Source: Naegleria gruberi
Lineage: Eukaryota
Strand: one strand, 5' to 3'
Assembly (NCBI GenBank): GCA_000004985.1
Contig: GG738911.1
DNA: 64,000 bases
Below are positions 49,911 through 61,769 of the stretch, in pieces. The position numbers and the translations under genes were made by a program. Each line of letters starts with the position of its first letter. Positions within the stretch are counted from its first letter, which is position 1. Below the pieces are notes generated by a model, which saw only the letters and a list, made by a program, of their open reading frames with translations, was not told the DNA's origin and made no database searches.

Positions 49911-51740
49911 ATGCCATCACAATACAATCAAAATCCCTTTGCTAATTATCCTAATGCTATCTTGGGGACTAGGGAAAATAATTCTCACGACGAAGAGCGC
50001 GTTAAATTAATACTTCTTGAAGGTCTTGATACAAATACTAAATTAATAAGGGAAAATAATTCATTAAGCAGAAAACTTTCTGAAGGACTGGAAGCGAAAC
50101 TTACAGGAAAGAAGGTAAGAAAGGTTAAAGGAATGTTTATCAACTCGGAAAGGTTGGTTGAATATGTAAACAAACAGGTATTGTGTATGGATACATGTCA
50201 TGCTTTGAATTTATTATTTGTTGGGTTGTATAGTTTGGGATTTTATATGATTTCCATATTCGAAAATGGTGTATTGAAGAGAACGATGGAAATTTCTGAT
50301 CGTTTTGTTTCGTTCCAAGTAGATGAACAAGCAGAGTTTATTTATCTATTAAGCAATGGTAATTGTGGAAGGTTAACGAAAATGAAACTTGACGATACTT
50401 CAATAGTTTGGCATTTTAATAGCATTAACAGTTTTTGCTTGGCTGGTAATGAGATTTATGTTGGATTCTCATGCAAAACATACTTGACAGTCCATATATT
50501 AGATACTATCGATGGTTCACAAAAAAAGCAATTCACAGTTGATAAGGGAATGAATACATTCATCTTGAAACAAATGAAATATTATGAAAGAAAGCTCTAT
50601 CTTCTATTTCACAAATGTGGAACAAGGAATATTGTTCATCACTCAAATCTTTTTATGATTGTTGATTTAATAACCGAAAAGACACAACCGATTAAGCTAG
50701 AGAAGACACTTTCGACTATTGGAATTACTACAGGAGGTCTTTTGATTTTTTTTGGTTTATGGGATGTAGACGTGTATGATATTAATAGCAGGTTGCTTCT
50801 TGGTATTAATTATTCTCAATTTCAGTCGAAATGTTTTTTGTCTGCTTGTGCCAATCACTTTGATAAACATTCGAATAGATACTACATTCATCAATTTGAA
50901 GAGCAAAAGAATCAAAAAGATGAAATTATTCAAATTAGTTCAAGCATAGTATCTGAACAATTGGAAATAAGTATGAATGTTGTAGATGCGCCACTGAATT
51001 CTAAAATATGGCAAGCAATTGAAAAATTGGGAGGTCAATTACCACAATATATTCCACAAGATAAGATTAGTTACAGAAATTTAAACTTTGAAGATTCACA
51101 ATATTCCATCTATCCAGACTGTTTAGAATATTTATTAAGGGTTGATTTTGGACAAGTTGGCTTTTGGTATAAAGATAAAGAAATTACCAAGAATTTCACA
51201 TTTGAAAAGGAAGCTTATGTAGATTGGGTACGAAAGAAAAGAGATAATGAACTTTTTTTTGCTACACCATTCTTTCACAATCAAGGAATGTTTCTTTATG
51301 TAAAGAAAGAAGAGCTTTCTAATAATGATGATTTTCCAGTACATCTCCTCTATCAGACTAACGATGAAAATAACCAACATGAAGAAAAGGTAATGAGTTT
51401 GCTTGAATTCCTTTCAAGATTGAGTCTTGCTGAACATGTCATTTTAAATACTGGTTTCGAATATTTCATCAACTTTGAAATGATTTGTAAGGAATTATTG
51501 GAAAAGAACATAATTGATCCAGAAACAAGACAATTAGATATCGAATATTTAATCAAAAATTTTGAGGGAGCTAATATGTATTTGAAAATTTATTTCAACA
51601 ATTCAAAATTCCGTTTTGGAAATTCCATTTATGAAAAGCTTTTTTTGATTCTAACAGCAAACGATTGTTCAAAAAATTGCCTTATTGAAATGGAATCAGA
51701 AGTTGATTCAGATGATGATGATGAATATTGTATTTTGTAA
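49911..51740 (+). CDS. clustered lineage-specific family, copy 4 (tandem, 43 bp after copy 3)
   Basis: '...VDAPLNSKIWQAIEKLGGQLPQYIPQD...IYPDCLEYLLRVDFGQVGFWYKDKEI...DFPVHLLY...FEYFINFEMI'. Acidic C-terminal tail. Confidence 0.65.
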   Translation: MPSQYNQNPFANYPNAILGTRENNSHDEERVKLILLEGLDTNTKLIRENNSLSRKLSEGLEAKLTGKKVRKVKGMFINSERLVEYVNKQVLCMDTCHALNLLFVGLYSLGFYMISIFENGVLKRTMEISDRFVSFQVDEQAEFIYLLSNGNCGRLTKMKLDDTSIVWHFNSINSFCLAGNEIYVGFSCKTYLTVHILDTIDGSQKKQFTVDKGMNTFILKQMKYYERKLYLLFHKCGTRNIVHHSNLFMIVDLITEKTQPIKLEKTLSTIGITTGGLLIFFGLWDVDVYDINSRLLLGINYSQFQSKCFLSACANHFDKHSNRYYIHQFEEQKNQKDEIIQISSSIVSEQLEISMNVVDAPLNSKIWQAIEKLGGQLPQYIPQDKISYRNLNFEDSQYSIYPDCLEYLLRVDFGQVGFWYKDKEITKNFTFEKEAYVDWVRKKRDNELFFATPFFHNQGMFLYVKKEELSNNDDFPVHLLYQTNDENNQHEEKVMSLLEFLSRLSLAEHVILNTGFEYFINFEMICKELLEKNIIDPETRQLDIEYLIKNFEGANMYLKIYFNNSKFRFGNSIYEKLFLILTANDCSKNCLIEMESEVDSDDDDEYCIL

Positions 51741-52561
51741 ACATTGTTCAATCATTAATAGAACTTTAAAGTTAAATATTAAAATCTTCCATTTTGAGGA
51801 AATTTTAAAAATTGCAATTTTAAAAAAAATGTGTGATGACGATAAATTATTTATATGACAATTTTGCTTTTAGATGATAAATTTATTTCCAATATATGTA
51901 ACCTCAAAGGAAATTATTCGTAAAATTACTACATAATCTATATTTTAATTTTTTAATATTAAAGGAGGCTGAATACGGGTGATGATGCAAAGCCTTTGGT
52001 TCGGAATACAACAAAGGATGACGAAATCATGTTAATCACAATAATATAATTGCTATTATGGAAGCTCGACCGAATTATTCAACCTTTAAACTGTAGATGT
52101 TTTGTAAATATTATCTATTTGTACAAAGGGTTGTACGGACATGGATTTCCACACCTCCGTAATTGCAATCCAAAAGTTCTTGATGACATGAACTACTGCT
52201 GCTGCTAACACACTATGTTGTGATGACTTTTGATGAGATACTGTGTATGAATCTGCTCCTTCTAAATTGGTTTTTTGATGGTCAACCAATTACTCAATCT
52301 ACATACTCTTTTGGCAATTGAATTATCGACAAACACAATGCTACAAAATCATGATACAATAAGAGAATCTCCATTGTTCATGACTCTTAGCACTTAATAT
52401 TGTGTTTGGAAGGATGAGTTAATCAAGACACAGTTGACTAGGGGCGAAAAATACTTAATATTGGACTGGACATGCCATTTCAAACGATTCTTTTGACACT
52501 TTTCAAAATGGTAAAAGCGTTGCTTTTGAACATGAATTGTGGACTCCATCACTTTAAAAAA

Positions 52562-53078
52562 ATGAAATCAGTTCTATCGTTTGAGCTTGGACTCTTACTG
52601 CTGATATTGGCATGTTTGATGAACTCTCAGTTTGTCAACACTCAAGCTATCAAATCTCGCATTGTTTCAACATTGATGAATAAGAAGGATGTGAATCGTC
52701 CACAAGATTTAATTGAAATGGGGCAAGTGTATGCAACTACATTTCGTAAAGGAAGTAATGGAGAAGAAGATTCTTTGTTGTTTATTGATTCAGGAAATTT
52801 GAAAATGTATGGATTGGTCAGCAAGAATTTCACAACTCTCTATTCATCTATTTATTACGTATCTTTTCAAATGCCTTTGAATCCATTGAACAACGACGAA
52901 TTGGTATTCCATCATAACGCTCAATTGTTAAAGTTGAATATCAAAACTTTGACAACTGAAAGATTGGCAGGTACAGGTGTATTTGGTTACAATGGAGACA
53001 ATATCAACGCTACATCCGCCCTCATTCAACCAGTTCAAGCCATTAATTACAATTCAAATAATGAGTTGGTCTTTGCAG
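52562..53078 (+). CDS. secreted NHL-repeat + EGF-like protein (paralogue of the GPCR ectodomain), exon 1
   Basis: Signal peptide 'MKSVLSFELGLLLLILACLMNSQFVNTQA'. NHL-type 'LAGTGVFGYNGDNINATSALIQPVQAINYNSNNELVFA'. Donor G|GTAAGT, phase 1. Upstream in-frame ATG/TTG also exist in tool ORF 52472..53095. Confidence 0.7.
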
Positions 53079-53123
53079 GTAAGTTTTCATGTTAGAAATT
53101 GTTTTTGATTCACACAACAACAG

Positions 53124-53855
53124 ACAGTTATAGAATCAGAAAAATTCTATTGAATGGTACCATTGTAACCATTGCTGGTCTTTCAACAGCATGTGATGGA
53201 GTGACTAGTGTTTTAAGCAATATTCCAGCAACATCAGCTTCTATTTGTTCTGTAACATCAATCCTTTTTGTGAAATTTGCAGGTTATCCAGAAGAGTGGC
53301 TCTATTTCAGAGATCAAGTTGGTGTGAAACGTATTGATCCAACCACTGGAGTATTATCCATTGTTTTTGTGTACTCTTCCTACTATGCCTTTTATTTGAA
53401 TCCTGTTCAATCTGACAGATCTAGGTTGATTCCAGATGATTTATGGCTTGGATATGGCTCGTATGCTGTTGAAATATTGAAAAATAATGGCCTTGGTCAG
53501 GTTATTATTGGTGGGGGTCAAAATCAGACCTTTTTAGTGGCAGACGCAAAGTCTGTTTCCTTGTCCACAATAACAAGTTTTGCCTACGATCAAGAAAAGA
53601 ACGAATTGTACATTGGTACTTATGGATCGGTTGTTAAATATGTTAGATCAGATAGAACTATTAGACATATTGTTGGTTGTGCATCAAGTAATTGCTTGTT
53701 GAGAGGAGTCAATATTGATGCTCAATATGCTAGTATGTCTTCCGCTAAACCAAGTGTATTTTTTGATAATGGTCAATTGTACTTAGCAGATAGCATAATC
53801 ATTAAGGGTATTGATTTGAAGAGTAGATTAATCAAGAATTATATTTCCCATGAAT
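53124..53855 (+). CDS. NHL+EGF protein, exon 2 (intron 53079..53123, 45 nt)
   Basis: Acceptor caacag|AC restores 'VFADSYRIRKILLNGTIVTIAG', the same 'D..N.RIRKI' NHL motif as in 19973..22309. Donor T|GTAAGT. Confidence 0.75.
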
Positions 53856-53899
53856 GTAAGTAGATGAGAAATCTTCATGTTCTAACAATATTATTTCAG

Positions 53900-56670
53900 C
53901 TATGGATTCTATCAATTACATGACCTACAAGAATGGTTTAATCTATTTACATGAGGGTTCTTACTCATCCACCTTGTTGAAATTTAATCAAACTTCTTCA
54001 GTTGTGGCTAAAATTGCTGGATATTATTATTACTCAGAAGGTGGTTTAGCAATGAGTAATTCTGTCGATTCACTTTCCTCCTTTTCCTTCAACTCAAAGA
54101 ATGAGATTATCATGTCAATTGGCGATCAAATTAAGACTATCAGAAATGATAGAATATACACAATTGTACCAAGCTCTTCATATTATGCATCTGCAGACAA
54201 TGCATCATTCGCAGAGGCAAGACTTTATGGACCTTCTCAATTAATTTCTCATCCAACAAGGGATAATGAAATGTATTTCATGGAAACAAGCAGAAATATC
54301 ATTAGAAAGATGGATTTTACAACTAGTAGAGTATTGACTGTTGCTGGTAAAAGTAATGGATTTGCAGGAGATGGATATTTGGCCACCGAGAGTGCCATTA
54401 AAGTTAACTGTTTTACTATGGATGAATACGGAAATATTTACTTTACTGATGGTGCCAAATTGAGAAAGATTGACCAATCAGATTCTAGAATTTCCACATT
54501 AACTTCGTCTACTTCGGGCTACAGTTCAGATGGTACTGATCTATCGTCTCTTTCGCTCTCAGCATCTAGCTGTGTCCTCTCTGTCAAGAATAATGTCATT
54601 TATTTTGTTGAGGATAAATCTGTTAGAAAGATTCATCCAACATGTGAAAGTGGTTACATTCTTAATACCAACAGCAATGGATGTGTTGCTTGTCCTTCAG
54701 GATTGACCAACGATGAATATTTTTATGAATGTGTTCCTCAATGCTTTGGAAAGATCAATCCAAATGCTTGCTCCAAGAACGGTAAATGTACATCTAACAA
54801 TGTCTGTACATGTAATCTAGGATGGACAGGAGCTGAATGTTCTCAGACTACCTGCTTTGGAATTACCAACTCTGATTCTAATGTTTGCTCAGGAAGAGGT
54901 TCATGTCAAGGATTAGACACATGTAAATGTTTGGATGGTTTCAGAGGAAGAAATTGTGAATTTACAGCTTGGAAAGATGGTGATGTGACTGTTCAAACAG
55001 ATCAGGATGAATATGTGTATCGTAGTACAGAGCCAATGGTCTATGTCAAATTCAATACTACTTATTCGAGATCAGTTACATTGAAAATGGAACAGAGATC
55101 ATCTTATTATAACATAATTAGAAGTACGATTTATAAGAATTTGACAGCTGCCGAGTTGACCACTGTTTATTCTCAAAAATTCATTAATTTCAACCTCCAA
55201 TATGGTCACATATTTGACGTTACAGTATTTGACGCTGAGACTGGTGTGCAATTATCAAACCCAGCTTCCAAAGATGTCAGTGTTATTACTTGTGCCACTT
55301 GTCAAGTTGCCAATCTAATTCCTCAATATTTACAAATGGCCTACAACAATACTAGACCAAATCCTGGAGATACAGTCAGTGTTAAGATTAGCATGTTGCA
55401 ATATTTCTATTATGTGTATACATTTGATATCACCGTTACGTTTAACAATGTCACCTATTACAAGCAAGCTATTTCAACAGTGGGTCAAGAAGTTACAATT
55501 TATATCCCTCCAGTTTTCGAAAATGGTACCTTTAGAACCTATGTTTCAGTATATGGCCAACCATATTACAAAAATTCAACCTATTTGATGCTTAGTGCTT
55601 CTACTAGTGAACTGGCAGTTTACAATCAAACTCTATTTGTTGAGGACAGTTGGATTAGTTCTAGTTTCAGTGTTGATAAGATCCCTTACAAGAGTACCTA
55701 CACTACTAGTACATTGGATATGAAAATTGCTCATATTGACTTCACATCTCTATTTAAATACAAGCAATTGACTGCCAATGTGAGCATATTCTTGATTGAT
55801 GAATTTGGAAATAGAAAAAATCAAATCTATGCTAATTCTCTTCAATTCTTGGGCAGTAATCCAGTTCTGTCAATTCAAGTTCCAAAAACCGCTTTCAGCA
55901 TTCGTTCTGATTGGACTTTGGATGGATTTATTACCATTCTCAATAATGGAACAATAGTTTCGAATGTGAAAAAGACAATCAAACCAATTACTTTTTATTG
56001 TCCGTCCTCTTACTTTGGACCTCAATGTGATTTGACAATTTGCAACGGAGTTTATTCCAATTCTACAAATGTTTGCTCTGGAAATGGTATTTGTTCTTAT
56101 TCCTATTGTTATTGTAATCAAAATTACAAGGGATCAAATTGTGAAATGCCAGCATTGAAATCCTCTTCTGTCATTACAAAACTCGATGCACCTTACAAAG
56201 TCAAAGGTTCACTTACATTATCCAACTTGACAATTGCTATTAATGCAAGTGATTCTGAATTCTTCTCCTATTATAGAAACAAATCGTTGATTTGCTATGT
56301 CTATGCTCAATCAACAACCTCAAATTATATTGGATATATTACATTGGACAAAACTAATGATTTTACTGTTTCCGTTAAACTTCCAGATACATTACTCCTT
56401 GGAACCTATACATTCAGACTCAACATTCAATCAAGTAGTGTAATAATCTTGGACACTGGCTCTTTTTATTATTCAACCATTTCGTATACAGTTGGTTCTC
56501 AACCGTTACCTCCTGCAGTGGTGAGCAACAATAACCAACCAAGCAAACCAAAAGTTTCGACTAATGGACCTAACAGAGAAACTACATTGAGTGAGGGTAC
56601 ACCTAACTCAGTAATGATTGGAATTAACTTGTGGATTTTACTCGTATTGACATTCTTAATAAATTATTAA
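53900..56670 (+). CDS. NHL+EGF protein, exon 3 (intron 53856..53899, 44 nt); EGF-like repeats and C-terminal hydrophobic tail
   Basis: Acceptor tttcag|CT. EGF-like 'CSKNGKCTSNNVCTCNLGWTGAECSQTTC...CSGRGSCQGLDTCKCLDGFRGRNCE', 'CSGNGICSYSYCYCNQNYKGSNCE'. C-terminus 'NSVMIGINLWILLVLTFLINY' is a GPI-signal or TM candidate. Confidence 0.75.
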
Positions 56671-56821
56671 CTGTAATGTTTTCTTTATTTAAACAGATGA
56701 AATGATTCAAAAACAGCTGATCTTGTTGTGGCGAGGTATTTCCTGTTAGGCCTAGTTGAATTGTGTGATGTGCAAATTACTAAATTTCCTAAATATTACC
56801 TCAACAAACACGCTTAAAAAA

Positions 56822-58501
56822 ATGAAACGAAATCCACATCCAAACCGTGACCGTTTTGAGGAAGAACCATTATCAAAGTCAATGTACCAGCCTCCTCAAC
56901 AAGAAACAATTCATTCCGAAAAGAGTGAAACAGAAGAAGAATATACAATTAGAAAATTTAATGAAAATTTTCATAATTTTGAGCTTGAGTCTATTGTTGG
57001 CGCTCAAGTAAAGTTTGTTAAGGCTGGTGCCTCCTCTGCTCTTTATTATTTTGTTAGCAAACCAAATGAATTGTTTCAGGTTAATAATTTCCCAGAATTG
57101 AACGCATTTGCCTCCCAATGTGCCGAACATTACCAAGGAGGTATTATTAAGTGTTTTTATCATGTTTTTATAACTGGATTCGTGAGAACAGGAAAGACAA
57201 CCACGGCTCGATATCTTTTCCCCTATCTCCATTCTATTCATTGCTGTAGGAGATTTAATTACATTGGCTATGAGGTTCAATATCTTGATATACAAGATTT
57301 TCCAAAGCACGAACAAGAAGAAGAATATTATTACGCTAATAGAATTATTAGAAGCTTTGTTGGTGAAGGAGCAACTGTAGTAGACTGTATGCAAGATTCA
57401 ACTCAATACAATCCCATCACTGAGTATTTGGAAAAAAGAAGCGATAAGATGGTATACTTTGTCTTGGACGAAATTCAACTATTATCTCCGACCACTTTGA
57501 ACTATCTCAAGAAGGTATTTAAATCACCTACTCTAAAGAGTTCTTCAAATTTCCTTAGTATTTGGACAGGAAGTACCCAATCACTTCTATTCAGAAAGTT
57601 GAGAGAAGTACTTCCATATGGATTCTCATTTTCGGATAATGAGATGACCTACAACATTCCACACTCGAGTGCAACTGCAAATTTAAGGGAGGTTGCCATA
57701 TTCCAAAACTACATTATGAAAAGAAAATTTGTCGACACACAAGTTCTAAGAACCATCAAGGATTCATTAGAGGTGCACCACTGCAGTTATGTTGACCAAA
57801 TTATTTCTCAACGCAAAACCAAGACTCTCCAACAATCCATTTCTCATCTCATTCAACAAATCTTCTCCATTTATGATAGAGATATTGGCAATATTGTTAA
57901 AGGACTAACGAGAGAGGAAGCTTGGATAATAATCAAAACCAAAGCTGTTCCAGCCTATATAACGAGTATAGCTCTGTGTGGCTCTGGGATTACTGATGGT
58001 TCTATGTTTGTAAAATTCAACCGAGAGACCCAAAAGTATGAGCTTAGAGACTCATTGCTCTGTTCTTATATCATGTTTAGATGGGATAGTCTTTGTAGCT
58101 CAATGAGAGCTGCTGATGTTGAGTATCATTTTCACTTATTGTTACCATTCCAATTTTTGGGTGAGTCCATCAATTTAATTGAATCATCACTCATTGAAAC
58201 TCTTGGAATGGCTGATCATGATCACAAACAGTTTGCTGCGGTACTTAATAATGGATTAATTGACAATTCTATTCAAAACAAAATTGAAATAATAGAGGAT
58301 GAGGAAAAACTTGTCAAAACAATCATCAAGGCAATCAGACATATTTCAAGTCAATCTTCTGATTGTAAAACCCTCTATCAAGAAATTGTAAAATATTGGT
58401 GCAACAATGAACCAAGAAATTTCATCAGAATTGCTGAGAAAATCAGGGAAGTGGTTGTTATTACAAACTGGAACCATGAATCAAAATTTGTAAAATATTA
58501 A
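56822..58501 (+). CDS. P-loop NTPase (Walker A/B), unassigned family
   Basis: 'FITGFVRTGKTTTARYLF' is a Walker A motif. 'VYFVLDEIQLL' is a Walker B-like hhhhDE. ATG at 56822; the tool ORF begins at TTG 56756. Confidence 0.5.
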   Translation: MKRNPHPNRDRFEEEPLSKSMYQPPQQETIHSEKSETEEEYTIRKFNENFHNFELESIVGAQVKFVKAGASSALYYFVSKPNELFQVNNFPELNAFASQCAEHYQGGIIKCFYHVFITGFVRTGKTTTARYLFPYLHSIHCCRRFNYIGYEVQYLDIQDFPKHEQEEEYYYANRIIRSFVGEGATVVDCMQDSTQYNPITEYLEKRSDKMVYFVLDEIQLLSPTTLNYLKKVFKSPTLKSSSNFLSIWTGSTQSLLFRKLREVLPYGFSFSDNEMTYNIPHSSATANLREVAIFQNYIMKRKFVDTQVLRTIKDSLEVHHCSYVDQIISQRKTKTLQQSISHLIQQIFSIYDRDIGNIVKGLTREEAWIIIKTKAVPAYITSIALCGSGITDGSMFVKFNRETQKYELRDSLLCSYIMFRWDSLCSSMRAADVEYHFHLLLPFQFLGESINLIESSLIETLGMADHDHKQFAAVLNNGLIDNSIQNKIEIIEDEEKLVKTIIKAIRHISSQSSDCKTLYQEIVKYWCNNEPRNFIRIAEKIREVVVITNWNHESKFVKY

Positions 58502-58553
58502 AAAGCAAAATGTTCCACACAAGTTCAATAGTTTACAAAAAACATCAAAAAAA

Positions 58554-60179
58554 ATGCCACAACAAGAAATCTTCTCCTCTCTCCCGCTCGCTCTTATTCT
58601 CCGACTTGAACGAGCAGAGCCTAAACTTGCCAAGTTTATTCTCTCATGTGATGACAATTTTTCTAGTCAATTATTGGAACACCGTAGAAAATATAAACCC
58701 TCTCATGTAGTTCTCCTATTAAAATATCATCATCGTCATGAGTATAGTTATGGAGGAGTGGCCATTTTGGAGTTGAATAGAATTGGAGTTGAATTAAAAT
58801 GTAAAAGTAATGAAACAAACAAGATGGATGATCAAGGAAGATTGATTAGAATTAATGATGAAAATGGAAAGCCACTTGGATTGTTTGCTGATGAGGGAAG
58901 TGTGAATGAAACTCATCAAGTGGTGATTAGTGAGTGGAATGATAGGGAAATGATTTTTTCACAATCGATGGATTTGAAGGAAAGAAAATTTTTGAAATTC
59001 AAGTTGAATCAGAAAAAGGTGGAAGAATCGTTTGTGGAAAGGGTTCATGTTGAAGTTTCTCATCAACTTTCGCATAGCCTTTATCGTGCTGATCATCCAT
59101 TGAATGTTCCTGTAATTGGTAAAGCTCAGAATGTTCTTTTAACACATCTGGCATTTGATAGATTTTCTCAAAAGAGTAATTTAGCAATTTTCAACATTGA
59201 AAAGAATGAAAATCATTCATTGAAAATTAGTCAAAAATTCTCCACCGAGGAAGACACCCACGCTTTCTATATTGCCCTCATGGAGAGTAATCTAGGTCAG
59301 AAATATATTCTAAAATATGCCTTTCAAAAACCTTCCTATTCATCCATTGGTTATGTGAGTTTGAATAACACCAAAAAGTTCTCATATACTCCAATACGAG
59401 TGGATGGTTTTGAGGGAATATTTCAGAAGAATACCTGCAAGATGAGCCAAATTTTGTGTCATACTCAATTGAGTGAAGGAAAGTATCTATTCATGACATA
59501 TTCGAAATCATCCAAAAGAATCAGTTCTGATTTCCAACATTATTTCACAAATGAAATTGTTTGGATATTAGTAGATGTCAATGAGAAGAGAACCAAAAGA
59601 GTTTATCCAAGAGTTTATAACATTGCAGCCAATACAACAACAGGTCACGAAAGAACATTTCTAAATCAGTCGAATCAAGACGAAACCAGCTTTCAAACAG
59701 TGCAAAAGAAGAAGAGAGGTGGAAAAATTCAAAAGAAATTCCACACTGATGAAGAACATTTATATTTGGACGGTGATTTGAATGGTGGCTATTCAGATTC
59801 TTCTCTTTTAAAGAAAATTAATGGAATTACAAATTCTTCAATTGACCAAACATCCACATCCGTCATGATTCCAATCTTGAAAGAAGATATCACCAATAAT
59901 GATGTAACCATGAGAGCGTTTAGACCATTTTTCAGTAATCCAGATATTTTCCAAGTATTAGTTTTCTTTTCCAAGGTTGTGGAAGATGGTGTTGATTTCA
60001 ATCCTCATTTTGGTAAAATGTTTAGTTACTTCTTCCAGTTCAAGAATGAAACTAAGGTAAAGGTAAGAAAGGTTGGAAGAAGATTCTCAGATGTTAATAT
60101 TATCACATGCTCAACAAGCAAAGTAGGAACAGCTGGTGGTAGTAATAGACAGTTTAGTAAAGTGTTGGCCTTTCAATGA
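58554..60179 (+). CDS. hypothetical protein (541 aa), no recognised domain
   Basis: ATG-initiated ORF. Codon usage is like its neighbours. No motif was assigned. Confidence 0.5.
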   Translation: MPQQEIFSSLPLALILRLERAEPKLAKFILSCDDNFSSQLLEHRRKYKPSHVVLLLKYHHRHEYSYGGVAILELNRIGVELKCKSNETNKMDDQGRLIRINDENGKPLGLFADEGSVNETHQVVISEWNDREMIFSQSMDLKERKFLKFKLNQKKVEESFVERVHVEVSHQLSHSLYRADHPLNVPVIGKAQNVLLTHLAFDRFSQKSNLAIFNIEKNENHSLKISQKFSTEEDTHAFYIALMESNLGQKYILKYAFQKPSYSSIGYVSLNNTKKFSYTPIRVDGFEGIFQKNTCKMSQILCHTQLSEGKYLFMTYSKSSKRISSDFQHYFTNEIVWILVDVNEKRTKRVYPRVYNIAANTTTGHERTFLNQSNQDETSFQTVQKKKRGGKIQKKFHTDEEHLYLDGDLNGGYSDSSLLKKINGITNSSIDQTSTSVMIPILKEDITNNDVTMRAFRPFFSNPDIFQVLVFFSKVVEDGVDFNPHFGKMFSYFFQFKNETKVKVRKVGRRFSDVNIITCSTSKVGTAGGSNRQFSKVLAFQ

Positions 60180-60251
60180 GTAAACTTAATTGTAATAGTT
60201 TCGAATAAAAAGTTACCAATCTTATAATTCCAAGACAAACAATGAATACAA

Positions 60252-61769
60252 TTAAGAGGACTCTGTAAATTGCCAATGATAATACTTTTGCAAAATATCT
60301 TGAGGTTTTCTAAATTGACATTCATCAACAAGGTGAAGAAAATATTTCACAAATTGAGGAATATTCTTAATAATCATATCATTGTCAAAGTTTACCATCT
60401 GTGCATAATAAACTCCATAAGTTTGTTCCAATAAACTTGCTTGTTCCCAGAAACCTTGATAGAAAAATCCACCACTCGGCAATATTTCCAAAACTGCCAA
60501 TTTTCTTGGTGCGAATCTAGAATTGTAAAAAGCTGCTCCATGTGGTCCAAATATTGCCTTTACATTGGCAAAGAATTTTACAATTTCACTCAAATTGGCG
60601 AAATCTCTGCTATCAAATGTCACCAATTCTTCATTCAAATTTCGTTTCAGCAATTCCACTTTTAAATGTTCCAAAACAGCATCCTCATTAAGTATCATTC
60701 TTCCTCCATTTTGACTGTCGCCATTACTTCTTGTAAAGTAGACAATTTTCTTTCTATCTTTGAATGGAATATCGAATGACAAGTTCAATTGAAAAAGTAT
60801 TTCATTTGAAATTCGTTGAGTGGTGAATGGATGAACGAGTGGACTTCTGCAGGAGTAGATTACTTTCTTGGCATAAATTGCACGTTTATGGAAATGATTG
60901 TGTGCAATAATTTGATAAATTTCATTGACAAATTGGTTGGTAGGCTCTTTTCCAGCAAGTATTGAAGATTTTCTTCCTGCTGTCTCAGAATTTTCCAATG
61001 TTGCTTGTCCCCATACTACAGTAACTCTATCCAGAAAGTGTTGGAAACTGAACGAATCTGGACTTGTTGAAATAATCAAAGAATCGACCGATTCATATGT
61101 TTGCAACGGAGTTGGATTCGTTTTTAGAAATTTTAAATGAGAATTCGATTGACCAACACAATTATTCTCACTCCATTCATCACTGTCAACAATTGGATCA
61201 ATATAAACATTATTAAAAACTAAAATTTGACCATTGATTGATGGGTAAATTGCCCATTCATTATCTGGACTCCATTTCATTAGAATAGAATCTCTAGATT
61301 GTTCCATCCATATTTTCTTTTGCTTTTCATTGAAAAATTTAGGAGCTTTGATTTTGAATGAGTGGTAGATTAGTTCAATTCCTTTTTCTATATTCGAATC
61401 TTGATTTTGTAAACATGGAGCTGAGAATTTGTACATTCCACTTTGACAATCCTCAATTTTAATTGGCATCCACTGCGAAATGGTCAATTCTTGATAATCT
61501 ACATCTTTTTCCAGCTCAAAATTCGTTTCTTCTAGTTTCGTATTCCACAGAAATTCATCACTTTCATAAAATAGGTCAGCATGTTTTGTCGAGTTGGATG
61601 GTGTTGGTGTAATCTTTCGTAATATCCTCAACAAAATCATTGTTGTCAACATGAACATCACAACACATATTAAAACTGCCAATTTAATTCTTCCATAACT
61701 TTTTGATGGACTGCTGACAGGTACATTGTAGATTGGAAGAGAGTAATGGTGAAGAGCTTGCTGTGCCAT
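60252..61769 (-). CDS. type-II membrane glycosyltransferase, GT61/DUF563-like
   Basis: N-terminal signal anchor 'IKLAVLICVVMFMLTTMILLRIL'. C-terminal 'IFGPHGAAFYNSRFAPRKLAVLEILPSGGFF' resembles the GT61 'G.HGAGLTN..F.P....V.EL.P' motif. Confidence 0.55.
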   Translation of the reverse strand: MAQQALHHYSLPIYNVPVSSPSKSYGRIKLAVLICVVMFMLTTMILLRILRKITPTPSNSTKHADLFYESDEFLWNTKLEETNFELEKDVDYQELTISQWMPIKIEDCQSGMYKFSAPCLQNQDSNIEKGIELIYHSFKIKAPKFFNEKQKKIWMEQSRDSILMKWSPDNEWAIYPSINGQILVFNNVYIDPIVDSDEWSENNCVGQSNSHLKFLKTNPTPLQTYESVDSLIISTSPDSFSFQHFLDRVTVVWGQATLENSETAGRKSSILAGKEPTNQFVNEIYQIIAHNHFHKRAIYAKKVIYSCRSPLVHPFTTQRISNEILFQLNLSFDIPFKDRKKIVYFTRSNGDSQNGGRMILNEDAVLEHLKVELLKRNLNEELVTFDSRDFANLSEIVKFFANVKAIFGPHGAAFYNSRFAPRKLAVLEILPSGGFFYQGFWEQASLLEQTYGVYYAQMVNFDNDMIIKNIPQFVKYFLHLVDECQFRKPQDILQKYYHWQFTESS

